A stretch of DNA of 64,000 bases from Geosiphon pyriformis uo1 (GCA_016748015.1 JAAOMT010000594.1:1-64000), one strand, 5' to 3'. Shown: positions 38,853-51,834, numbered from the stretch's first letter. Notes: generated by a model from the letters alone, not told the origin. Numbers and translations are program-made.

Positions 38853-39698
38853 TATTACTCATAGAAATATAGAAAATATATTAGCATAATTATTAGCCAA
38901 TCAGAAGGAGGTGTAGTAAATGTGGAATTCCAGGATTCTTCTCAGAAATTGCAGGATTCCAAGAATTTCAGGATTCTCCGACGAAGAATCACAGGATTTT
39001 AGAATTCTAGGATTCCTCTCAAAGGAATTGCAGGATTCTAAAAATTCCAGGATTCTTATCGTGAAGAATCAAGGAATTAAGGAATCTCAATTATGTATAT
39101 ATAGCAGCAGGATTAGAAGCTGAAAAGACAGACCTTTTAGTTTAGATTTGATTTAAGCAACCTTTCAGTTCTCAATTATCAAATAAATAATTATTTTATA
39201 TCTTAATCCACTCTCCACTATCAACACTTCATGTTGATAATAATTGATACTTAACCACACTAGAACAATAGCTCTTGATCATGGCTATTAATGGGATACT
39301 AATCTGCAAATTATCTTGGCTTATTTCTTTAGATTTTTTTATTTTTTTTATTTTTCTGTGATTTTGTTATTGTGCACTAACCAATTGATTAAAAGTGCTG
39401 ATTATTAATGTCAAGGATTGCCTGGTAAAAGACTCTTGCGAGAGGGTAGGACATATACAGAAGATATGGATTACTTACCAGAGGATTGCTGGCCACCAAG
39501 CCGAGAAAAGAATTGACAGACTTGTGAGTTTGGGAAGCTACAGATAAAACAACTATTGAATCTCTGTCCATTATACAAAAAACTCCATCAAAACTTTCAG
39601 ATACAACACTTTCAGAACATTATCAACAGAAATAGCTTTTGAGCACCAAGTTATGGGTTTGTTATTTATTCCTCCACCAGAAATAATCACCTGTAACA
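38853..39698 (+). repeat. 5' LTR of outer element
   Basis: TATTACTC (TG mutated to TA) ... TGTAACA; CCAAT, GGAATTCC array, TATA, AATAAA. Confidence 0.95.
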
Positions 39699-39700
39699 TT

Positions 39701-39716
39701 TGGTGCTTCCTGTAAA
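39701..39716 (+). other. tRNA primer-binding site TGGTGCTTCCTGT (Thr- or Ile-type acceptor stem, unresolved)
   Basis: TGG after a 2-nt TT spacer; mutated copies near 43277 and 9814. Confidence 0.8.
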
Positions 39717-39760
39717 GTATAATCCTACAAAGAACCAGTACCAACAACACCAAACCAAAA

Positions 39761-42432
39761 GTGGCAGAATCAGAAATAATAGGAACAAACCATTTAGGAT
39801 TCACAAAATCTTTATTTCAACAGTACAGCCAACAGCTAGGCCTAAACAACAACCATTACTCAACAGAATCAGCTTTCAACTTTTACATCAATGAAAGAAT
39901 CACAGATTTCTTAGGAAGACCAGTTGACATTGAATTAGCAAGAGAAAATTTCTATTCGGAACTAATTCAACACACCAACTTACCAAGAAATCACAGCTTT
40001 ACACCCATCATCAGAGAAATCAACCAAGAAATTGAAAGATATACCCAAAGAACATTCCCTATTACTTACCAGGACAAAGGCAAAGGAAAACTACAGACAC
40101 CAGCAATAACACCCAAAGAAATACAAATTCCTAACTGGAAGAAACAAAGAATTGAATTTCCGATATATCTATTATACCATTACATGCCCGGAAGTACCAT
40201 CAACATCGCATCAGCAGATGCATCTATCAGTACAAAGACACTACTAGCAAAAATCGCATTTCAGAGTAAACAAAAGAAAAATGAACTATTAGGAGCATAT
40301 AGAGATTATTTTGAAGGATTTAAATTAAGATTGCCAACACCATCAGGATTTCAATTACCGCCTCATCAGCCAGATTTCGGAACTGTCAGTCCTTTAGAAA
40401 TTACTGAATCAGAAGAAAAAGAAGATAAGGATCAGGAATTTAATTACCAAAACCCAATCTTAGAAAACCCGAACATTCAAACTCAGCAACATTTAGAAAA
40501 TTTGGAAATTGAAACTCTGAATATTTGAACCCCACCAAATCAAAGAAATCAAAACCCCGAGTTAATTTATTAGCAAAACCTACCTCCAGTTATTGTCATT
40601 GATCAACCACCAATTGAGCTGATTAGTGAGCCAATTCAACCACCTCAAGTACCACCCCAACAACCATTACCTCTTCAACAACCATTTCAACAGCCACCAC
40701 AACCATCCAACTTAGATCCAATGGCCTATGCACCAATTACAAAACTTGACAACTTTACTGGTGAAGAAGACGACACACAAGTATGACTGAATGACATAGA
40801 GAAAGCCATCACTGTAAATGGATGGAATGACGCCTGAGTACTTCAAGCCATCTCATACTTTCTAAGGGACACCACGGATGCATGATATCAAAGTCTAGCT
40901 GTCAAATCCCAAATCTTTAACAATTTCAAGATGGAATTCGTAAGATATTTCAGCAACAATAATAGTATCAACAAGTTAGCCAACCTCTTCACTACCATCA
41001 AACAAGGAGATACTAAAGCAGTTACCACTTACTTAAGATGCTTCCATAAAAACCTGTGCCAGATCCAAGCAATTCAAGCTGACTATTTTACAGCACCACA
41101 GATTTTGAACCAATTTATTAGAGGTTTGTGCAGTAACCTCTTTAAGTGAATATGCCCAATGCATCCAATTGACCTCCTTATTGCAGTTACACATGCCAGA
41201 GATTTTGAAGCAACTGAGTTAGAAGCCAATCATGCCTAAGCAGTAAACCTAGTAATGAATAGATCATCTGAATTGGATTTCAAATTAAAACAATTTAACG
41301 AGTCAATTAATCAGAAATTAGAGAAATACTTAGCTGACAATCACGCCATATATTAACCATCACAATGATACAATAATTCAGGAAATGTGAATCATTTCCA
41401 AAATCAATCACATCCATCATCCTCAACAGCACTTAGTCCACCATAGCAGCCAGAAACACAGGTCTGCCACAACTGTGGTAAACAAGGCCATATTCAAGTT
41501 AATTGCCATACTTATAGCAACCAATAATCGGGAAATCAATACAGAAACCCCGATCACTGGTTCCAAACTCTGAATTGTTATCCAAATTAAAATTAAGACC
41601 AATATCAAAATACTTACCTGCCAATGATGCAGCAACCAATCTATTAACCACCAGTATATTAATCTCCAGTTTATTAACTATAGCCACCAGCAATTTATTA
41701 ACTGCAGCCTTCAGTAATTTATCAGCCACAGTCCCAAATAATTTATCAGTTTCAACCATCAATCCAAACACTACTCCAAAACTCAGCTATGATGACATCA
41801 AAAAACCTAAGACCCAGAATTGCTCAAAATTAGAAATCGGCAATGGTTGTTCATCAACTGATCCCCAGCTCCTCTCACCAAAGCTCAGGACCTCATTCTC
41901 AGAATTCGGGTACAGGTGCCACCCAAAACCCGAATTCCCAAAACTATTTAAGTCTCCTGATTACTTCAGAAAACGTCACACTCAATAATTAGGAATTCGA
42001 ACAAACACCTACCAACAATATTTTACCTGCCACAATTACAGAAGACAAATCTCTGGACACCATTTTTCTATTCGAACTTGAGGAACCATCAACCACACCA
42101 TTATTCAGTGGAGCCGCACTAGAAAAAAAGCCAATTACTACCATGTATACTGATGTGAAAATTGATGGCCATCCCATCAAACTAATTCTTGACAGTGGTT
42201 CAGCAGGCAGCATCATCACACAACAACTCATAGATCAATTAGGTCACCGAGTTGATCGAATTGCTAGTGTTAGAATCATCATGGCTGATAGAGTGACCAA
42301 GACTTCAATTAGCAAAATCGATGACTTACTAATCGAAATTAACAATATCATAGTACCAATCAAAGTACTTGTTATGGAAGCCACCCAATACCAAGCTCTA
42401 GTTGGTAATGACTGGCTGTCCAAGATAAACAC
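39761..42432 (+). pseudogene. gag and aspartic protease of outer element
   Basis: Capsid-like (KLDNFTGEEDD, QILNQFIRGL), knuckle CHNCGKQGHIQVNC, Q/P/Y repeats, LILDSGSAGSII; many stops from CAA/CGA/TGG. Confidence 0.93.
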
Positions 42433-43274
42433 TGTTACTTATAGAAATATAAGAAATATATTAGCATAATTATTAGCCAATCAGAAGTAAGCATAGTAAA
42501 TGTAGAATTCCAGAATTCCTCTCAAGAATTGCAGAATTCCAGGAATTTTAGGATTTCCCGATGAGGAATTGCAGGATTCCAGAATTTCAGGATTCTCTGA
42601 CAAGGAATTGCAAGATTCCAGGATTCCTGTCATGAAAAATTGAGGAATTGAGGAATCTCAATTATGTATATATAACAGTAGTATTAGAAACAGAAAAAAC
42701 AGAATTAATACCACAGAATCTTTAGCCTAGAAACAAAAATCATCAAATAAATATTTATTCCATATCTCAATCCACTCTCCACTATCAACACTTCATGTTG
42801 ATAATAAGTGATACTTAACCACACTGGAACAATAGCTCTTGATCACGGTTATTGATGGGATACTAATCTGCAAATTGCCTTGGCTTATTTCTTTTCTTTC
42901 TTTATTTTTCTCTTATTTTTCTTTATTTTATTTTGATTTATTATTGTGCACTAACCCATTGATTGAAAAGCGCTGATTACTGACATCAAGAATTGCCTGG
43001 TAAAAGACCTCTGCAAGAGGGTAGGACACATACAGAAGATATGGATTACTTATTAGAGGATTGCTGGCCACCAAGCTGAGAAAAAAATTGACAGACTTGC
43101 GAGTCTAAGAAGCTATGGATAAAACAACTATTGAATCTCTGTCCATTATACAAAGAACTCTATTAAAACCTTCAGATACAATACTCACAGAATCTCATCA
43201 ATGGAAGTAGCTTCATAAGCACCAAGTTACGGGTTTGTTATTTACTTCAACAACAGAAATAATCCCCTGTAACA
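42433..43274 (+). repeat. 5' LTR of inner element (842 bp)
   Basis: TGTTAC...TGTAACA; direct repeat of 51835-52684. Confidence 0.96.
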
Positions 43275-43333
43275 TTTAATGCTTCCTGTAAGATATAATC
43301 TTACAGAAAACCAGCACTAACCCAAATCTAAAC

Positions 43334-46300
43334 ATGGCAGAATCAGAAAATATAGGAGCAAACCATTTAGGATTTGCGAAATCCTTGTTTTAACAATACA
43401 GCCAACAATTAGGATTAAACAGTAATCATTATCCAGTTAAATCAGCCTTCAACTTTTACATCAATGACAGAATTACTGAATGCTTAGGAGAAACAGTTAA
43501 CATTGAAGCAGCAAGAGAAAACTTTTACACAGAATTATTCCAACACACCAACTTACCAAGGAACTATAGTTTTGCACCAATAACCAGAAAAATTAACCAG
43601 ACTATTGAAAGGTACACTTAACAACAATTTCCCATTACCTATGCAGACAAAGGTAAAGGAAGAATACAAACACCAGCAGCAACACCAAAAGGAATACAGT
43701 TACCTAGTTGGAAGAAGCACAAAGTAGAATCACCAACCACTTCATCATATCACTACACATCTGGAAGCGCCATTAACATTTTATCAGCAGACACGTCTAC
43801 CTCAAACACAACATTAACAGTTGGAAGATTCCAGTTCCAAAGCAAACAATGGAAAGAAGATTTACTAGGACCATACGGAATGTATTTTGAAGGATTTAAA
43901 TCACGATCACCAACTCCATCAGGAATTCTATTACTGTCACCTCAACTGGACTTTGGAATCACTACCCCATGGGAACTATCTAAAGAAAAAAAGGAAGAAG
44001 AATCGGAAGATCAAAAATTTATTTACCAAAACCCGATCACTGAAAACCCGGAAGTTGAAACCCTGAATTTTCAAGCTTAGCAAAGTCTGAATCTAGAAAA
44101 TTCAGAAATCAAAACCCTGAATCATCAAAGGCAGAACAATCCAAACCCCGAATTAAGTAATCAGAAAAACTTATCTCTGGTAATTGTCATCAATCAACCA
44201 CCAATTAATTCAGTAGCCGAACTCATACAACAGTCATTTCAACTACCACTCCAACAACCAGTACAACAACAACCACTTCAACAGCCACCACAACAACCCA
44301 ACTTAGATCCAATGGCCTATGCACTAATTGCAAAACTTGACAACTTTACTAGTGAAGAAAACGATGCACAAGTATGGCTAAAAGATGTAGAGAAAGCCAT
44401 CACTGCAAACGAATGGAATGACACTTGAGCACTTTAAGCCATCCCATACTTTCTAAAAGACACTGTGGATGCATGGTATCAAAGTCTAGCTGTCAAACCC
44501 CAAAACTTCAATGACTTCAAGACGGAATTTATAAGATATTTTAGCAACAATAATAGTATCAACAAATTAGCCAACCTTTTCACCACCATTAAACAAGAAG
44601 ATACTGAAGCAGTCACCACTTACCTGGGACACTTTCATAGAAACCTACGCCAGATCCAAGCAATTCAAGCTGACTATTTTACAGTGCCACAGATTTTAAA
44701 TCAATTTATTAGAGGTTTGTGCAGTAACCTCCTCCAGTGAGTATGCCCAATACATTCAGTTGACCTCCCTACCACAGTTACACACACCAGAGATTTTGAA
44801 GCAGCTGAGTTAGAAGCCAACCACGCTCAAGCAGTAAACATAGTAATGAATAGATCATCTGAATTGGACTCCAAACTGAAACAATTCAGTAAGTCAATTA
44901 ATCAGAAACTAGAGGGATACTTAGCTGACAATTGCGCCATATATCAAACACCACAATGATGCCACAATTCAGGAAACGCGAATTGTTTCCAAAATCAATT
45001 ACAGTTATCATTCTCGACTGCACTTAGTCCACCATGGCAGCCAGAAACACGTGCCTGCCACAACTGTGGTAAACAAGGCCATATTTGAGTTAATTGTCAT
45101 ACTTATAGCAACCAGCAATTGGGAAATCAATACAGAAATCCCGATTACTGGTTTCAAACTCCGAATCATTATCCGAATCAAGATCAAGACCAATATCAAA
45201 ATACTTATCTGCCAATGACACAGCAACCAATCTATCAACTGCCAGTATATCAACTTTCAATTTATCAACAGCAGCTTCCAGCAATTTATTAATAGCAGCC
45301 TCCAGTAATTTATCAGCTGTAGCCCCAAATAATTTATCAGTCTCAACCATCAATTCAAATACCACTCCAAAACTCAGCTACAATAACATCAAGAAACCCG
45401 AAACCCAGAATTGCTCAAAATTGGAGATCAGTGATGGTTGTTCATCAACTGGTCCCCAGCTCCTCTCATTAGAGCTTAGGATCTCGTTCTCAGAATTCGG
45501 GTACAAGCGCCACCCAAAACCTGACTTCCCAACACTATTTAAGTCTCCTGGTTATCCCAAAAGACGCCTCAACTAGCAACCAAGAACTCACCCAAAAACA
45601 ACAAATACTTACCAGCAATATTCTACCAGCAACAGTCACCAACAATGAATCACTAGCTGCCATCTTCCCATTTGAGATCGAAGAACCATCAAGTACACCA
45701 TTATTTAGTGAAGCCACTCTTGATGAAAAACCCATTACCACGATGTACACAGATGCTAAGGTTGATGGTCAATCTATCAAATTGATTCTTGATAGCAGTT
45801 CAGCAGGCAGTATTATCACACAACAACTCATAGATCAATTAGGTCACCAAGTTGATTGAGCTGCCAGCGCCAGAATCATCACAGCCAATAGAGCAAACAA
45901 AACTCCAATCGGCGAAATTGACGACTTCCTTTTTGAAGTCAATGGTATCATGACTCCCATTAAAGTTCTAGTGATAGAAGCCACTCAATACCAAGCTCTC
46001 ATTGGTAATGACTGGTTATCCAAAGTTAACACGACGTTAGACTGAAACACCCAGGAACTCCAGCTAACATATCAGGGCCAACACATATGTGTACTGGCCA
46101 TGTGTGGCCATTTCAAGACTCTTCTAAGAGAGAAACTATTGATCAAACTGGAGAAGGAGAAAGAAAAACCTACCTGAGAAGCATACCAAGTCTCGTGGGC
46201 CGATGCCGACTATAATGAGCTGCTGCCAATACTCACCTGAGACGACAATAACAACAGAAAAGAGGAACAAGAAAAAGAACCTACCTGTGAAACCACTATC

Positions 46301-49300
46301 AACACTGGGACCAACGACAAAGATCACTATGAGCTACTACCAGTACTATCATGGGACAACAACCCCAAGGGAAAGCAAAGAGAGGAACTTATCTAGAAAA
46401 CCAACAATCTGACTTGGACTGATAATGAATAAAAAGAAGTCTCAAGTCGGGAATGGAACGAAGATAAGGGAAAAGGAAAAGAAAAGGAAGAAAAAATGCC
46501 ACCAATGACCAACAGTTATAATTCCTACACCCACCACACTCTACAACAATCCAATTATCGACGGCCAAGACTGGTATGCATTGATTGCAGCAAGAAACTG
46601 TTGTTAATGAGCACATGCTGTAACAACAATGAGGAATACCACACCACAATAAAGTTTTACTGTCATCCATGCTTACTCAAATGCTTTGGATGACCAAAGA
46701 GGCAAAGAAAATGGGATAACCAATCTTGTCTCGCTTGTGGGGAGATCTTACTAGATGAAGGGATGTGGAACAACATCTCAGGACGTGGAAGAACATGCGA
46801 CATGTTGTGTCAATACACAATTTTAATAAACAATTGGGTAAGGAAAAGAACCCCAATAGAAGCAGCCTGGAGAAGAGCCATGCAGTGACTGGACAGTTGT
46901 CCACATGACAACAACAAATTGTGGAGAATGACAATTGCCAAAATAGAAGGAGTAACATCCGAAGAGATTAGAGAAATCAAAAACAACCCACCAGAACCCA
47001 TCAAGCTTGACTGGAATGCAGAGCCAGCCATAAATTCTCTGGAATTCGAAGAGTTCCATAAACACTACCAAAACTTGGCACCCACTAGAGAAGAGCAAGA
47101 ACAATGGCTAGCACAGTTGAATACAAGACTGTGTTGCCATTGTTTAATTCCCAGTGATTTTAAATATTGTGACAATTGTGACCTCCTTTATAATCTACTA
47201 CCATGCATAATCTACTCGATCCCTGAAGAAGAGGAACCAATCAGCAGCTGTGCATCAGAATCAGAATCGCTGATCAATCGTGATCCAAACTCTGACAACG
47301 ATGACAAAAACATTGGTTCCAGCTCTATTCAAAATGGCAATGACAACAAAAATGATTTCAACTCAAATTCAAACTCCAATTTAAACCATGAACAATACAT
47401 TGCACTATCAGATCTCTCCAAGGAACAAGAGTTGAAATAGTATAGTGACAATGGGGAGAATATTATGCCAGAACGTGCACATGATACGGATGCAGGGTTT
47501 GATCTGAGATATCCAGGAAAAAATGCCATCAAATTGGAACCATATTCATGCACCTGCATTGATCTGAAAATAGCACTAGAAATTCTGGCAACAACAATGG
47601 TTCAATTAGCATCTAAGAGTAGTTTAATGAAAAGAGAGATCAATATAAGAGGAGGAATAATTGACGCAGGATATATAGAAAATATTATCGCTATACTACA
47701 AAATAACTCAGAAAAAGCCTATATAATAGAGCTCAACAAAAAGATAGCACAGGCAATATTCCTGTCTCTTGTTAGAGTAGCTCAGTTAGTATCAGTGAGA
47801 AAGAGAGAGGAATTAGGAATAATAGCGAGAGGAATACAGAAATTCGGATCAATGAGTAAAATAGATGTACCAGTTAATATGGTGGAGAAAGAAATTGTTG
47901 GCCAAGGAGAAATTATCTCAACTGGTTAAGCTATTTCCATTCCATCATATAGCCAGTACATGCTAACAATAGGAAGGAAAAAAAAGGAGCAAGGACAAAT
48001 TTTTGAAGCTAAAGCAAACCTTTGTGAATTAGGAGAGATTGGGTTGATCAATCTTCACATACCAGCCAAAAGCTATAGCAGCATAAAAATTTCTATTTAC
48101 AACAACACTAGTAATGTCATCAACATACTAGAAGGAACCACCATCAGATATGTAACCACAGAAATAAAAGACCAACCACCAAACCCCATTCCAGACTTTC
48201 CACAACTTTGTGGATATGTTGACATCACATCACAAACAATCTATGAACGAGATGAATGTTATTTGCTCCAACCAGAACAATTGGAACAAATGAACATGAG
48301 AAACTTAGATCCACTTCAATGTATGTAGCTCAAGATGTTACTCAACAATTTTAACGACATTTTTGCCAGTAAAAATAAGTTTGGCCGAATTGACATCATC
48401 CAGCATCAGATCAAGACTGGAGATGCAATGCCAATCAAACAAAGAACATACAGAGTGCTACCAGCCAGCCATAAAATCATTCGTCAAGAAATAAACAGAA
48501 TGCTTGACAATGGGCTAATTCAACCATCAATAAGCCCATGGTCATCACCAGTAGTACTCGTCTGTAAAAAGAATGAAAAAATCCAGTTTTGTGTAGATTA
48601 CAAGAAACTCAATGATGTAACTCGTGGAGACAGTTATCCAACTCCACGAATACAGGAATTATTCAATGCTTTTGGTGGGAACAAATGGTTCTCAACATTA
48701 GATTTGAACAGCGGTTACTGGCAAGTAGCCATGAATTCAGCTGACAAAGAGAAGACAGCATTCACCATTAGAGAAGGGAATTTCGAATTTGAAGTGATGC
48801 CATTTGGCTTAACCAATGTCCCAGCAACTTTCCAATGGCTAATGGAAATTGTTTATACTGGCTTATTGTAGAAATCAATAGTTGTATACTTGGACAACAC
48901 CAATGTATTCTCAAAAACGTTTGATGATCATCTTCATCATCTTCAACAAGTGTTCGAAAGACTAAGAAGAGCAAGACTAAAGTTAAATGCAACAAAATGC
49001 TTCTTCGGCAAGACAGAACTAAAATTCTTGGGACACATAGTCAGCAAAGATGGCATCAAAACAGATCTGGAGAAAATAGAGATAGTAAAGAACTTTCCAG
49101 TATTGACCAATATGACAGAACTGAAATCATTTTTGGGATTCGCCAGCTACTATTAACATTTTATCAAGAACTTTTCCAAGATAGCGCAGCCACTCAACCA
49201 ACTGCAAAACAAAAATACAAAATATGAATAGACTGAAAGTCAACAAGAAGCTTTTAATATTCTAAAAAGAAAGCTTATACAAGCTCCAATACTGATTTAT

Positions 49301-51135
49301 CCAGATCACAGCAAACCATTTATCATCACCACAGATGCATCCAGCCAGACATTAGGAGCAGTACTATCTCAAAGAAAACCAGACAGCAGAAAACATCTAG
49401 TGGCATATGCCAGCAGAGGTTTAACACCGGCCGAAAAGAACTATAGAACACTGGAAAAAGAACACTTAGCAATATACTGGTCAGTCATGAAATGGAAAGA
49501 ATATTTGAGCCAGAAGTTTGAGATGTACACAGATCACAAAGGATTAACATCACTTCAAAAACAAGAATTTGGAGATAGAAGACAGTCAAGATGGAAAATG
49601 TCACTCGCACTATATAAGTATACTATACATTATAAAAAAGGAAAAAACAATGGAAATGCGGATGGTTTATTGCAAATAAGACAAATCTAAGAACATTTCA
49701 ACCCAAAAATATAACAAAACCAGAACAATACCAACAGAAAAATACAACAAAAGATGAACATACAAAAATATCAACAATTGCAACATTATATAAACACTCA
49801 ACAGTTCAAGGAAAATTTATCTCAAATGGAACAAAAAAGTATCAAACAACAATCAAAATATTTTATCACTTACCAAAATATACTTTATCAGAAAAATAGA
49901 AGGGATCCAGATCAACCAACTAGAGTAATTACAGAGCCAGAAAAAGAGACAATATTATTCAACATGCACTCAAATTCAACAGCAGGACATTTTCACAAAG
50001 AAACAACCATGAAAAGAACCAGAAAGAGATACTATTGGCCATCAATATACCCAGACATCATTTAATATGTTCAAAATTGTGATGCTTGTCAGTGAAAAGG
50101 AGGAACAAGACCCAATAAACCATTAAGACCAATCAAAATGGGACAACCATTTGACTGTATTGGAATTGATTTAGTCGGACCATTAACAATCACCAGCAGA
50201 GGAAACAGATACATAGCGATAGCTATGAACTATCTCACTAAATGGCCAGAGGCAAAGCAATTCAAAGAGCGGATGCAAAATCCATTGCCAAATTCATTCA
50301 TCAGGATTTGATTTGTCGACATAGATGTCCAAAAGAATTATTATCAGACCAAGAAACTCATTTTGTAAACCAAACATTAACAGAATTGAGCCAAAAATTC
50401 GGAATTAAGAGACCATTATCATCACCATACCATCCATAAACCAACGGATTAGTAGAAAGATTCAATAGAACACTGTGTGAAGCAATAACTAAGCTCAGCC
50501 AAAAAAACCAAAACGATTGGGATTTGTTCATACCATCAGTACTATTTGCTTATCAGACAATGAAACAAGATACTACACAAGCAACACCATTTGAATTAGT
50601 ATATGGGAGAACAGTAATGTTACCAGTAGAAAGAGAAATTAATACATATCCAGCTAAACCAATAACAGAAGAAAATTTTCAAAAAACATTGCTGAAAAGA
50701 ACATATGACTTAATGAAAACATTGGAAAACAAATAAAGAAGAGCAGTTGATAATATTCAAAAATCACAAGAAAAACAGAAAAAAAGACATGATAGTCAAC
50801 TACCAGACAAACCAGTTGAATTCAAGATTGAAGACAAAGTATTACTACATCATACCAAAGCGGAAAAACAATGGAGTAGAAAATTCGACCCCAAATGGGA
50901 TGGACCATTTTACATAGAAGAAATTCTAGAAAATGGAGCTTACAAATTAAGATTGGATAACAAAATTTTAACCAAAGCAGTACATAGAGATTGACTAAAG
51001 CCATATCACAACATCACACTATCATTTACCAATAATATTTCACAATTAGGAGTACAGAGAATACTAGTCTGACCAGATGAGATTCCATAAGATCTGGAAC
51101 CAATAGTTATTATTAACAACAACATGTTAAATTGA
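43334..51135 (+). pseudogene. gag-PR-(Cys-rich)-dUTPase-RT-RNase H-integrase polyprotein of inner element
   Basis: ATG 43334; SPWSSPVVLV, FCVDYKKLN, LDLNSGYWQV, VMPFGLTN, YLDN (outer copy YLND; together YLDD), TTDAS, TDHKGL, H2C2 and rve motifs, WDGPF. Gypsy domain order. Confidence 0.95.
47465..47929 (+). pseudogene. Trimeric dUTPase domain within pol (inner)
   Basis: DAGFDL, ASKSSL (RSSL), GGIIDAGYIENI, KIAQAIF, RGIQKFGS match motifs I-V. Confidence 0.93.
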
Positions 51136-51814
51136 TCAATCAAAAAGAATATATAAAGACATGGTAAACATGACAGGAAATATCAGAAAAATAGAAATTA
51201 CAGACAATATTCACTTATTAACACAACAATTCTTTCAATTAATCCAACACCAGAAAATGGAGATTACAATCAACCAACAAACCATTCAATATCAAGATAC
51301 TAGAAAAACATTGCAACTCAGAACACCGAAGAAAACTGAAGATATGGTGGACAAAATTATGGCAAAAGTAAAATTAGCAATAAAAGAATCGACAAAAGAG
51401 TTACTATATCAAGAGTTGACTAAAGAAACTTGGAATTGGTGGATACAACAATTTCCAAGAAACTATTGTTATTTTTACTTGGGACAACACATAAATATCC
51501 AGAATCTATATATGGATAAAACAAAGCGATTATTCGACAAAAAAATACTACAACAATTAGAACATTTTGTGGGAAAGAACAACTTATTCACACAAGCCCG
51601 AGCCATATACTGAATACACACAGCATTTTAGGATAAACCAGAAATATTGCTCAATAAAGCAATGGATATGGTCACCAGTAATCAATTGGGAAAAATCACC
51701 AATGCTCAATTTGAAAAAGTACAGACCCAAATAACACAAGTAATTTTCGAAAATGAAATCCAGGAAATACTTTAAGAGGGGGAATTACATGAATTGGATT
51801 TCGACAGAGCTTAA
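51124..51814 (+). pseudogene. Post-integrase ORF or domain of unknown function, about 230 aa (inner)
   Basis: Frame of ORF 51161-51613 continues through point-mutation stops to TAA 51812-51814 just before the PPT; conserved at 57653-58342. Confidence 0.8.
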
Positions 51815-51834
51815 TATTAAAAAGGAGGGAATAA

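Noticed and set aside
38924-39086. CRISPR-like appearance of palindromic repeats
   Set aside because: Units are 8-9 nt with no unique spacers, lie inside LTRs, and the context is eukaryotic with no cas genes.
38920-39123. Short ORFs in the LTR array (also 58430-58633, 59392-59592)
   Set aside because: Translations of the GGAATTCC repeat; no coding evidence.
39389-39804. Antisense ORFs across U5 and the PBS
   Set aside because: No recognisable motif, and the ORF track shows no equivalent in the other LTR copies.
41575-41988. 137-aa Ser/Thr/Asn-rich ORF
   Set aside because: Off-frame shadow; the real gag frame is the YQP-repeat frame broken by C>T stops.
50800-51135. Chromodomain at the integrase C-terminus
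   Set aside because: Only a GPF/SH3-like module is visible; no chromodomain pattern.
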